The position numbers were made by a program, and so were the translations under genes. A stretch of DNA of 64,000 bases from Nemertoderma westbladi (lineage: Eukaryota; Animalia; Xenacoelomorpha): NCBI GenBank assembly GCA_032718475.1, contig JAUCBJ010003419.1, positions 38,200-102,199 of the forward strand, read 5' to 3'. The notes under the pieces are model-generated. The model saw only the letters and a list, made by a program, of their open reading frames with translations. It was not told where the DNA came from and did not search any database. Positions 23,301 to 35,300 of the stretch are shown here, one piece after another (positions within the stretch are counted from its first letter, which is position 1; each line of letters opens with the position of its first letter).

Positions 23301-26300
23301 GCAGGAGAGTAACTTGTGGTTCAGGCAGGAGAGTAACTTGTAGCTCGGACAGGAGAGTAACTTGTGGTTCAGGAAGGAGAGTAACTTGTGGTTTGAGCAG
23401 GAGCGTAACATGTGGTTCGGGCAGGAGAGTAACTTGTAGCTCAGGCAGGAGAGTAACTTGTAGCTCAGGCAGGAGAGTAACTTGTAGCTCAGGCAGGAGA
23501 GTAACTTGGGGTTCAGGCAGGAGAGTAACTTGTGGTTCAGGCAGGAGAGTAACTTGGGGTTCAGGCAGGAGAGAAACTTGTGGTTTGGGCAGGAGAGTAA
23601 CTTGTGGTTCGGGCAGGAGAGTAACTTGTGGTTCGTGCACGAGAGTAACTTGTAGCTCAGGCAGGAGAGTAACTTGCGGTTCGGGCAGGAGAGTAACTTG
23701 TGGTTCGGGCAGGAGAGTAACTTGTGGTTCAGGCAGGAGAGTAACTTGTAGCTCAGACAGGAGAGTAACTTGTAGCTCAGGCAGGAGAATAACTTGTAGC
23801 TCAGGCAGGAGAGAAACTTGCGGTTCGGGCAGAAGAGTAACTTGTAGACCAGGCAGGAGAGTAACTTGGGGTTCAGGCAGGAGAGTAACTTGTAGACCAG
23901 GCAGGGGAGTAACTTGGGGTTCGGGCAGGAGAGTAACTTGTGGTTCGGGCAGGAGAGTAACTTGTAGCTCAGGCAGGAGAGTAAGTTGGGGTTCGGGCAG
24001 GAGAGTAACTTGTAGACCAGGCAGGAGAGTAACTCGGGGTTAGGGCAGGAGAGTAACTTGTAGCTCAGGCAGGAGAGTAACTCGGGGTTCGGGCAGGAGA
24101 GTAACTTGGGGTTCGGGCAGGAGAGTAACTTGTAGACCAGGCAGGAGAGTAACTTGGGGTTCAGGCATGAGAGTAACTCAGGGTTTGGGCAGGAGAGTAA
24201 CTTGGGGTTCGGGCAGGAGAGTAACTTGTGGTTCAGGCAGGAGAGTAACTTGTGGTTCATGCACGAGAGTAACTTGGGGTTCAGGCAGGAGAGTAACTTG
24301 TGGTTCGGGCAGGAGAGTAACTTGTGGTTCGTGCAGGAGAGTAACTTGTAGCTCAGGCAAGAGAGTAACTCGGGGTTCAGGCAGGAGAGTAACTTTTAGA
24401 CCAGGCAGGAGAGTAACTTGGGGTTCGGGCAGGAGAGTAACTTGTGGTTCGGGCAGGAGTGTAATTTGTGGTTCGTGCAGGAGAGTAACTTGGGGTTCAG
24501 ACAGGATAGTAACTTGTGGTTCATGCACAAGAGTAACTTGGGGTTCAGGCAGGAGAGTAACTTGTGGTTCAGACAGGAGAGTAACTTGTGGTTCGGGCAG
24601 GAGAGTAACTTGTGGTTCGGGCAGGAGAGTAACTTGTGGTTCGTGCAGGAGAGTAACTTGTAGCTCAGGCAAGAGAGTAACTCGGGGTTCAGGCAGGAGA
24701 GTAACTTTTAGACCAGGCAGGAGAGTAACTTGGGGTTCGGGCAGGAGAGTAACTTGTGGTTCGGGCAGGAGTGTAATTTGTGGTTCGTGCAGGAGAGTAA
24801 CTTGGGGTTCAGACAGGATAGTAACTTGTGGTTCATGCACAAGAGTAACTTGGGGTTCAGGCAGGAGAGTAACTTGTGGTTCAGACAAGAGAGTAACTTG
24901 TGGTTCGGGCAGGAGAGTAACTTGTGGTTCGGGCAGGAGAGTAACTTGTGGTTCATGCAGGAGAGTAACTTGTAGAACAGGCAGGAGAGTAACTTGGGGT
25001 TCGGGCATGAGAGTAACTTGTGGTTTGGACAGGAGAGTAACTTGTAGCTCAGGCAGGAGAGTAACTTGGGGTTCTGGCAGGAGAGTAACTTGTAGCTTGT
25101 GAAGGAGAGTAACTTGTAGCTCAGGCAGGAGAGTAACGTGTAGCTCAGGCAGGAGAGTAACTTGTGGTTCATGCAGGATAGTAACTTGGGCTTCGGGCAG
25201 GAGAGTAACTTGTAGCTCAGGCAGGAGAGTAACTTGGGATTCGGGCAGGAGAGTAACTTGTAGGTCAGGAAGGAGAGTAAGTTGGGGTTCAGGCAGGATA
25301 GTAACTCAGGGTTCGGGCAGGAGAGTAACTTTGGGTTTGGGCAGGAGAGTAACTTGTAGACCAGGCAGGAGAGTAACTTGGGGTTCAGGCAGGAGAGTAA
25401 CTCAGGGTTCGGGCAGGAGAGTAACTTGGGGTTCGGGCAGGAGAGTAACTTGTGGTTCAGGCAGGAGAGTAACTTGTGGTTCATGCACGAGAGTAACTTA
25501 GGGTTCAGGCAGGAGAGTAACTTGTGGTTCAGACAGGAGAGTAACTTGTGGTTCGGGCAGGAGAGTAACTTGTGGTTCGGGCAGGAGAGTAACTTATGGT
25601 TCGTGCAGGAGAGTAACTTGTAGCTCAGGCAAGAGAGTAACTCGGGCTTCGGGCAGGAGAGTAACTTGTAGACCAGGCAGGATAGTAACTTGTGGTTCGG
25701 GCAGGAGAGTAATTTGTGGTTCGTGCAGGAGAGTAACTTGGGGTTCAGGCAGGATAGTAACTTGTGGTTTGGGCAGGAGAGTAACTTGTAGCTCAGGCAG
25801 GAGAGTAACTTGGGGTTCGGGCAGGAGAGTAACTTGTAGCTCAGACAGGAGAGTAACGTGTAGCTCAGGCAGGAGAGTAACTTGTAGCTCAGGCAGAGAG
25901 TAACTTGGGTTTAGGGCAGGAGAGTAACTTTGTAGACCAGGCAGGAGAGTAACTGGGGGTTCGGGCAGGAAAGAAACTTGTAGCTCGGGCAGGTGAGTAA
26001 CTTCTAGCTCAGGCAGGAGAGTAACTTGGGGTTCGGGCAGGAGAGTAACTTGGGGTTCGGATAGGAGAGTAACTTGTGGTTCGTGCAGGAGAGTAACTTG
26101 TAGCTCAGGCAGGAGAGTAACTTGGGGTTTGGGCAGGAGAGTAACTTGTAGCTCAGGCAGGAGAGTAACTTGTAGCTCAGGCAGGAGAGTAACTTGCAGT
26201 TCGGGCAGGAGAGTAACTTGTAGACCAGGCAGGAGAGTAACTTGGGGTTCGGGCAGGAGAGTAACTTGTAGAACAGGCAGGAGAGTAACTTGGGGTTCGG

Positions 26301-29300
26301 GCATGAGAGTAACTTGTGGTTTGGACAGGAGAGTAACTTGTAGGTCAGGCAGGAGAGTAACTTGGGGTTCTGGCAGGAGAGTAACTTGTAGCTTGTGAAG
26401 GAGATTAACTTGTAGCTCAGGCAGGAGAGTAACGTGTAGCTCAGGTAGGAGAGTAACTTGTGGTTCATGCAGGATAGTAACTTGGGCATCGGGCAGGAGA
26501 GTAACTTGTAGCTCAGGCAGGAGAGTAACTTGTAGCTCAGGCAGGAGAGTAACTTGGGATTCGGGCAGGAGAGTAACTTGTAAACCAGGCAGGAGAGTAA
26601 CTCAGGGTTCGGGCAGGAGAGTAACTTGTAGCTCAGGAAGGAGAGTAAGTTGGGGTTCAGGCAGGAGAGTAACTCAGGGTTCAGGCAGGAGAGTAACTTG
26701 GGGTTCGGGCAGGAGAGTAACTTGTAGACCAGGCAGGAGAGTAACTTGGGGTTCAGGCAGGAGAGTAACTCTGGGTTCGGGCAGGAGAGTAACTTGGGGT
26801 TCGGGCAGGAGAGTAACTTATGGTTCAGGCAGGAGAGTAACTTGTGGTTCATGCACGAGAGTAACTTAGGGTTCAGGCAGGAGAGTAACTTGTGGTTCAG
26901 ACAGGAGAGTAACTTGTGGTTCGGGCAGGAGAGTAACTTGTGGTTCGGGAAGGAGAGTAACTTATGGTTCGTGCAGGAGAGTAACTTGTAGCTCAGGCAA
27001 GAGAGTAACTCGGGCTTCGGGCAGGAGAGTAACTTGTAGACCAGGCAGGAGAGTAACTTGGGGTTCGGCAGGAGAGTAACTTGTGGTTCGGGCAGGAGAG
27101 TAACTTGTAGCTCAGGCAGGAGAGTAACTTGTAGCTCAGGCAGGAGAGTAACTTGGGGTTCGGGTAGGAGAGTAACTTGTAGCTCAGACAGGAGAGTAAC
27201 TTGGGGTTCGGGCAGGAGAGTAACTTGTAGCTCAGACAGGAGAGTAACTTGTGGTTCGGGCAGGAGAGTAACTTATGGTTCGTGCAGGAGAGTAACTTGT
27301 AGCTCAGGCAGGAGTGTAATTTGTGGTTCGTGCAGGAGAGTAACTTGGGGTTCAGACAGGATAGTAACTTGTGGTTCATGCACAAGAGTAACTTGGGGTT
27401 CAGGCAGGAGAGTAACTTGTAGAACAGGCAGGAGAGTAACTTGGGGTTCGGGCATGAGAGTAACTTGTGGTTTGGACAGGAGAGTAACTTGTAGCTCAGG
27501 CAGGAGAGTAACTTGGGGTTCTGGCAGGAGAGTAACTTGTAGCTTGTGAAGGAGAGTAACTTGTAGCTCAGGCAGGAGAGTAACGTGTAGCTCAGGCAGG
27601 AGAGTAACTTGTGGTTCATGCAGGATAGTAACTTGGGCTTCGGGCAGGAGAGTAACTTGTAGCTCAGGCAGGAGAGTAACTTGGGATTCGGGCAGGAGAG
27701 TAACTTGTAAACCAGACAGGAGAGTAACCCGGGGTTCGGGCAGGAGAGTAACTTGTAGGTCAGGAAGGAGAGTAAGTTGGGGTTCAGGCAGGATAGTAAC
27801 TCAGGGTTCGGGCAGGAGAGTAACTTTGGGTTTGGGCAGGAGAGTAACTTGTAGACCAGGCAGGAGAGTAACTTGGGGTTCAGGCAGGAGAGTAACTCAG
27901 GGTTCGGGCAGGAGAGTAACTTGGGGTTCGGGCAGGAGAGTAACTTGTGGTTCAGGCAGGAGAGTAACTTGTGGTTCATGCACGAGAGTAACTTAGGGTT
28001 CAGGCAGGAGAGTAACTTGTGGTTCAGACAGGAGAGTAACTTGTGGTTCGGGCAGGAGAGTAACTTGTGGTTCGGGCAGGAGAGTAACTTATGGTTCGTG
28101 CAGGAGAGTAACTTGTAGCTCAGGCAAGAGAGTAACTCGGGCTTCGGGCAGGAGAGTAACTTGTAGACCAGGCAGGATAGTAACTTGTGGTTCGGGCAGG
28201 AGAGTAATTTGTGGTTCGTGCAGGAGAGTAACTTGGGGTTCAGGCAGGATAGTAACTTGTGGTTTGGGCAGGAGAGTAACTTGTAGCTCAGGCAGGAGAG
28301 TAACTTGGGGTTCGGGCAGGAGAGTAACTTGTAGCTCAGACAGGAGAGTAACGTGTAGCTCAGGCAGGAGAGTAACTTGTAGCTCAGGCAGAGAGTAACT
28401 TGGGTTTAGGGCAGGAGAGTAACTTTGTAGACCAGGCAGGAGAGTAACTGGGGGTTCGGGCAGGAAAGAAACTTGTAGCTCGGGCAGGTGAGTAACTTCT
28501 AGCTCAGGCAGGAGAGTAACTTGGGGTTCGGGCAGGAGAGTAACTTGGGGTTCGGATAGGAGAGTAACTTGTGGTTCGTGCAGGAGAGTAACTTGTAGCT
28601 CAGGCAGGAGAGTAACTTGGGGTTTGGGCAGGAGAGTAACTTGTAGCTCAGGCAGGAGAGTAACTTGTAGCTCAGGCAGGAGAGTAACTTGCAGTTCGGG
28701 CAGGAGAGTAACTTGTAGACCAGGCAGGAGAGTAACTTGGGGTTCGGGCAGGAGAGTAACTTGTAGAACAGGCAGGAGAGTAACTTGGGGTTCGGGCATG
28801 AGAGTAACTTGTGGTTTGGACAGGAGAGTAACTTGTAGGTCAGGCAGGAGAGTAACTTGGGGTTCTGGCAGGAGAGTAACTTGTAGCTTGTGAAGGAGAG
28901 TAACTTGTAGCTCAGGCAGGAGAGTAACGTGTAGCTCAGGTAGGAGAGTAACTTGTGGTTCATGCAGGATAGTAACTTGGGCATCGGGCAGGAGAGTAAC
29001 TTGTAGCTCAGGCAGGAGAGTAACTTGTAGCTCAGGCAGGAGAGTAACTTGGGATTCGGGCAGGAGAGTAACTTGTAAACCAGGCAGGAGAGTAACTCAG
29101 GGTTCGGGCAGGAGAGTAACTTGTAGCTCAGGAAGGAGAGTAAGTTGGGGTTCAGGCAGGAGAGTAACTCAGGGTTCAGGCAGGAGAGTAACTTGGGGTT
29201 CGGGCAGGAGAGTAACTTGTAGACCAGGCAGGAGAGTAACTTGGGGTTCAGGCAGGAGAGTAACTCAGGGTTCGGGCAGGAGAGTAACTTGGGGTTCGGG

Positions 29301-32300
29301 CAGGAGAGTAACTTATGGTTCAGGCAGGAGAGTAACTTGTGGTTCAGACAGGAGAGTAACTTGTGGTTCGGGCAGGAGAGTAACTTGTGGTTCGGGAAGG
29401 AGAGTAACTTATGGTTCGTGCAGGAGAGTAACTTGTAGCTCAGGCAAGAGAGTAACTCGGGCTTCGGGCAGGAGAGTAACTTGTAGACCAGGCAGGAGAG
29501 TAACTTGTAGCTCAGGCAGGAGAGTAACTTGGGATTCGGGCAGGAGAGTAACTTGTAAACCAGGCAGGAGAGTAACTCAGGGTTCGGGCAGGAGAGTAAC
29601 TTGTAGCTCAGGAAGGAGAGTAAGTTGGGGTTCAGGCAGGAGAGTAACTCAGGGTTCAGGCAGGAGAGTAACTTGGGGTTCGGGCAGGAGAGTAACTTGT
29701 AGACCAGGCAGGAGAGTAACTTGGGGTTCAGGCAGGAGAGTAACTCAGGGTTCGGGCAGGAGAGTAACTTGGGGTTCGGGCAGGAGAGTAACTTATGGTT
29801 CAGGCAGGAGAGTAACTTGTGGTTCAGACAGGAGAGTAACTTGTGGTTCGGGCAGGAGAGTAACTTGTGGTTCGGGAAGGAGAGTAACTTATGGTTCGTG
29901 CAGGAGAGTAACTTGTAGCTCAGGCAAGAGAGTAACTCGGGCTTCGGGCAGGAGAGTAACTTGTAGACCAGGCAGGAGAGTAACTTGGGGTTCGGCAGGA
30001 GAGTAACTTGTGGTTCGGGCAGGAGAGTAACTTGTAGCTCAGGCAGGAGAGTAACTTGTAGCTCAGGCAGGAGAGTAACTTGGGGTTCGGGTAGGAGAGT
30101 AACTTGTAGCTCAGACAGGAGAGTAACTTGGGGTTCGGGCAGGAGAGTAACTTGTAGCTCAGACAGGAGAGTAACTTGTGGTTCGGGCAGGAGAGTAACT
30201 TATGGTTCGTGCAGGAGAGTAACTTGTAGCTCAGGCAAGAGAGTAACTCGGGCTTTGGGCAGGAGTGTAACTTGTAGACCAGGCAGGAGAGTAACTTGGG
30301 GTTCAGGCAGGATAGTAACTTGTGGTTCGGGCAGGAGAGTAACTTGTAGCTCAGGCAGGAGAGTAACTTGTAGCTCAGGCAGGAGAGTAACTTGGGGTTC
30401 GGGTAGGAGAGTAACTTGTAGCTCAGACAGGAGAGTAACTTGGGGTTCGGGCAGGAGAGTAACTTGTAGCTCAGACAGGAGAGTAACTTGGGGTTCGGGC
30501 AGGAGAGTAACTTGGGGTTCGGATAGGAGAGTAACTTGTGGTTCGTGCAGGAGAGTAACTTGTAGCTCAGGCAGGAGAGTAACTTGGGGTTCGGGCACGA
30601 GAGTAACTTGTAGCTCAGGCAAGAGAGTAACTCGGGTTTCGGGCAGGAGAGTAACTTGTAGACCAGGCAGGAGAGTAACTTGGGGTTCGGGCAGGAGAGT
30701 AACTTGTGGTTTGGGCAGGAGTGTAATTTGTGGTTCGTGCAGGAGAGTAACTTGGGGTTCAGACAGGATAGTAACTTGTGGTTCGGGCAGGAGAGTAACT
30801 TGTAGCTCAGGCAGGAGAGTAACTTGTAGCTCAGGCAGGGGAGTAACTTGTAGCTCAGGCAGGAGAGTAACTTGGGGTTCGGGCAGGAGAGTAACTTTGT
30901 AGACCAGGCAGGAGAGTAACTGGGGGTTCGGGCAGGAAAGAAACTTGTAGCTCGGGCAGGTGAGTAACTTGTAGCTCAGGCAGGAGAGTAACTTGGGGTT
31001 CGGGCAGGAAAGTAACTTGGGGTTTGGGTAGGAGAGTAACTTGTGGTTCGTGCAGGAGAGTAACTTGTAGCTCAGGCAGGAGAGTAAATTGGGGTTCAGG
31101 CAGGATAGTAACTTGTGGTACGGGCAGGAGAGTAACTTGTAGCTCAGGCAGGAGAGTAACTTGCAGCTCAGGCAGGAGAGTAACTTGGGGTTCGGGCAGG
31201 AGAGTAACTTGTGGTTCGGGCAGGAGAGTAACTTATGGTTCGGGCAGGAAAGTAACTTGTAGCTCAGGCAGGAGAGTAACTTGTAGCTCAGGCAGGAGAG
31301 TAACTTGTAGCTCAGGCAGGAGAGTGACTTGCAGTTCGGGCAGGAGAGTAACTTGTAGACCAGGCAGGAGAGTAACTTGTGGTTCGGGCAGGAGAGTAAT
31401 TTGTGGTTCGTGCAGGAGAGTAACTTGGGGTTCAGGCAGGATAGTAACTTGTGGTTCGGGCAGGAGAGTAACTTGTAGCTCAGGCAGGAGAGTAACTTGT
31501 AGCTCAGGCAGGAGAGTAACTTGGGGTTCGGGCAAGGGAGTAACTTGTAGCTCAGACCGGAGAGTAACTTGTAGCTCAGGCAGGAGAGTAACTTGTAGCT
31601 CAGGCAGGAGAATAACTTGGGGTTCGGGCAGGAGAGTAACTTGTAGCTCAGGCAGGAGAGTAACGTGTAGCTCAGGCAGGAGAGTAACTTGTAGCTCAGG
31701 CAGGAGAGTAACTTGGGGTTCGGGCAGGAGGGTAACTTTGTAGACCAGGCAGGAGAGTAACTGGGGGTTCGGGCAGGAAAGAAACTTGTAGCTCGGGCAG
31801 GTGAGTAACTTGTAGCTCAGGCAGGAGAGTCACTTGGGGATTGGGCAGGAGAGTAACTTGGGGTTCGGATAGGAGAGTATCTTGTGGTTCGTGCAGGAGA
31901 GTAACTTGTAGCTCAGGCAGGAGAGTAACTTGGGGTTCGGGCAGGAGAGTAACTTGTAGACCAGGCAGGAGAGTAACTTGGGGTTCAGGCAGGAGAGTAA
32001 CTTGTAGCTTGTACTTGTAACTTGTGGTTCGGGCAGGAGAGTAACTTGTGGTTCGGGCAGGAGTGTAACTTGTAGCTCAGGCAGGAGAGTAACTTGTAGC
32101 TCAGGCAGGAGAGTAACTTGTAGCTCAGGCAGGAGAGTAACTTGCGGTTCGGGCAGGAGAGTAACTTGTAGACCAGGCAGGAGAGTAACTTGGGGTTCAG
32201 GCAGGAGAGTAACTTGTAGCTCAGGCAGGAGAGTAACTTGTAGACCAGGCAGGGGAGTAACTTGGGGTTCGGGCAGGAGAGTAACTTGTGGTTCGTGCAC

Positions 32301-35300
32301 GAGAGTAACTTGTAGCTCAGGCAGGAGAGTAACTTGGAGTTCAGGCAGGAGAGTAACTTGTGGTTCGGGCAGGAGAGTAACTTGTGGTTCGAGCAGGAGA
32401 GTAACTTGTAGCTCAGGCAGGAGAGTAACATGTAGCTCAGGCAGGATAGTAACTTTGGGTTCGGGCAGGAGAGTAACTTGGGGTTTGGGCAGGATAGTAA
32501 CTTGTAGCTCAGGCAGGAGAGTAACTTGCGGTTCGGGCAGGAGAGTAACTTGTGGTTCGGGCAGGAGAGTAACTTGTGGTTCGGGCAGGAGAGTAACTTG
32601 TAGCTCAGGCAGGAGAGTAACTTGTAGCTCAGGCAGGAGAATAACTTGTAGCTCAGGCAGGAGAGCAACTTGCGGTTCGGGCAGGAGAGTAACTTGGGGT
32701 TCAGGCAGGAGAGTAACTTGTAGCTCAGGCAGGAGAGTAACTTGTAGACCAGGCAGGGGAGTAACTTGGGGTTCGGGCAGGAGAGTAACTTGTGGTTCGT
32801 GCATGAGAGTAACTTGTAGCTCAGGCAGGAGAGTAACTTGGGGTTCGGGCAGGAGAGTAACTTGTAGACCAGGCAGGAGAGTAACTCGGGGTTTGGGCAG
32901 GAGAGTAACTTGTAGCTCAGGCAGGAGAGTAACTTGGGGTTCAGGCAGGAGAGTAACTCGGGGTTCGGGCAGGATAGTAACTTGGGGTTCGGGCAGGAGA
33001 GTAACTTGTAGACCAGGCAGGAGAGTAACTTGGGGTTCGGGCAGGAGAGTAACTTATGGTTCAGGCAGGAGAGTAACTTGTGGTTCATGCACGAGAGTAA
33101 CTTGGGGTTCAGGCAGGAGAGTAACTTGTGGTTCAGACAGGAGAGTAACTTGTGGTTCGGGCAGGAGAGTAACTTGTGGTTCGGGCATGAGAGTAACTTG
33201 TGGTTTGGACAGGAGAGTAACTTGTAGCTCAGGCAGGAGAGTAACTTGGGGTTCTGGCAGGAGAGTAACTTGTAGCTTGTGAAGGAGAGTAACTTGTAGC
33301 TCAGGCAGGAGAGTAACGTGTAGCTCAGGCAGGAGAGTAACTTGTGGTTCATGCAGGATAGTAACTTGGGCTTCGGGCAGGAGAGTAACTTGTAGCTCAG
33401 GCAGGAGAGTAACTCGGAGTTCGGGCAGGAGAGTAACTTGTAGCTCAGGAAGGAGAGTAAGTTGGGGTTCAGGCAGGAGAGTAACTCAGGGTTCGGGCAG
33501 GAGAGTAACTTGTGGTTCAGGCAGGAGAGTAACTTGTAGCTCGGACAGGAGAGTAACTTGTGGTTCAGGAAGGAGAGTAACTTGTGGTTTGAGCAGGAGC
33601 GTAACATGTGGTTCGGGCAGGAGAGTAACTTGTAGCTCAGGCAGGAGAGTAACTTGTAGCTCAGGCAGGAGAGTAACTTGTAGCTCAGGCAGGAGAGTAA
33701 CTTGGGGTTCAGGCAGGAGAGTAACTTGTGGTTCAGGCAGGAGAGTAACTTGGGGTTCAGGCAGGAGAGAAACTTGTGGTTTGGGCAGGAGAGTAACTTG
33801 TGGTTCGGGCAGGAGAGTAACTTGTGGTTCGTGCACGAGAGTAACTTGTAGCTCAGGCAGGAGAGTAACTTGCGGTTCGGGCAGGAGAGTAACTTGTGGT
33901 TCGGGCAGGAGAGTAACTTGTGGTTCAGGCAGGAGAGTAACTTGTAGCTCAGACAGGAGAGTAACTTGTAGCTCAGGCAGGAGAATAACTTGTAGCTCAG
34001 GCAGGAGAGAAACTTGCGGTTCGGGCAGAAGAGTAACTTGTAGACCAGGCAGGAGAGTAACTTGGGGTTCAGGCAGGAGAGTAACTTGTAGACCAGGCAG
34101 GGGAGTAACTTGGGGTTCGGGCAGGAGAGTAACTTGTGGTTCGGGCAGGAGAGTAACTTGTAGCTCAGGCAGGAGAGTAAGTTGGGGTTCGGGCAGGAGA
34201 GTAACTTGTAGACCAGGCAGGAGAGTAACTCGGGGTTAGGGCAGGAGAGTAACTTGTAGCTCAGGCAGGAGAGTAACTCGGGGTTCGGGCAGGAGAGTAA
34301 CTTGGGGTTCGGGCAGGAGAGTAACTTGTAGACCAGGCAGGAGAGTAACTTGGGGTTCAGGCATGAGAGTAACTCAGGGTTTGGGCAGGAGAGTAACTTG
34401 GGGTTCGGGCAGGAGAGTAACTTGTGGTTCAGGCAGGAGAGTAACTTGTGGTTCATGCACGAGAGTAACTTGGGGTTCAGGCAGGAGAGTAACTTGTGGT
34501 TCAGACAGGAGAGTAACTTGTGGTTCGGGCAGGAGAGTAACTTGTGGTTCGGGCAGGAGAGTAACTTGTGGTTCGTGCAGGAGAGTAACTTGTAGCTCAG
34601 GCAAGAGAGTAACTCGGGGTTCAGGCAGGAGAGTAACTTTTAGACCAGGCAGGAGAGTAACTTGGGGTTCGGGCAGGAGAGTAACTTGTGGTTCGGGCAG
34701 GAGTGTAATTTGTGGTTCGTGCAGGAGAGTAACTTGGGGTTCAGACAGGATAGTAACTTGTGGTTCATGCACAAGAGTAACTTGGGGTTCAGGCAGGAGA
34801 GTAACTTGTGGTTCAGACAGGAGAGTAACTTGTGGTTCGGGCAGGAGAGTAACTTGTGGTTCGGGCAGGAGAGTAACTTGTGGTTCGTGCAGGAGAGTAA
34901 CTTGTAGAACAGGCAGGAGAGTAACTTGGGGTTCGGGCATGAGAGTAACTTGTGGTTTGGACAGGAGAGTAACTTGTAGCTCAGGCAGGAGAGTAACTTG
35001 GGGTTCTGGCAGGAGAGTAACTTGTAGCTTGTGAAGGAGAGTAACTTGTAGCTCAGGCAGGAGAGTAACGTGTAGCTCAGGCAGGAGAGTAACTTGTGGT
35101 TCATGCAGGATAGTAACTTGGGCTTCGGGCAGGAGAGTAACTTGTAGCTCAGGCAGGAGAGTAACTTGGGATTCGGGCAGGAGAGTAACTTGTAAACCAG
35201 ACAGGAGAGTAACCCGGGGTTCGGGCAGGAGAGTAACTTGTAGGTCAGGAAGGAGAGTAAGTTGGGGTTCAGGCAGGATAGTAACTCAGGGTTCGGGCAG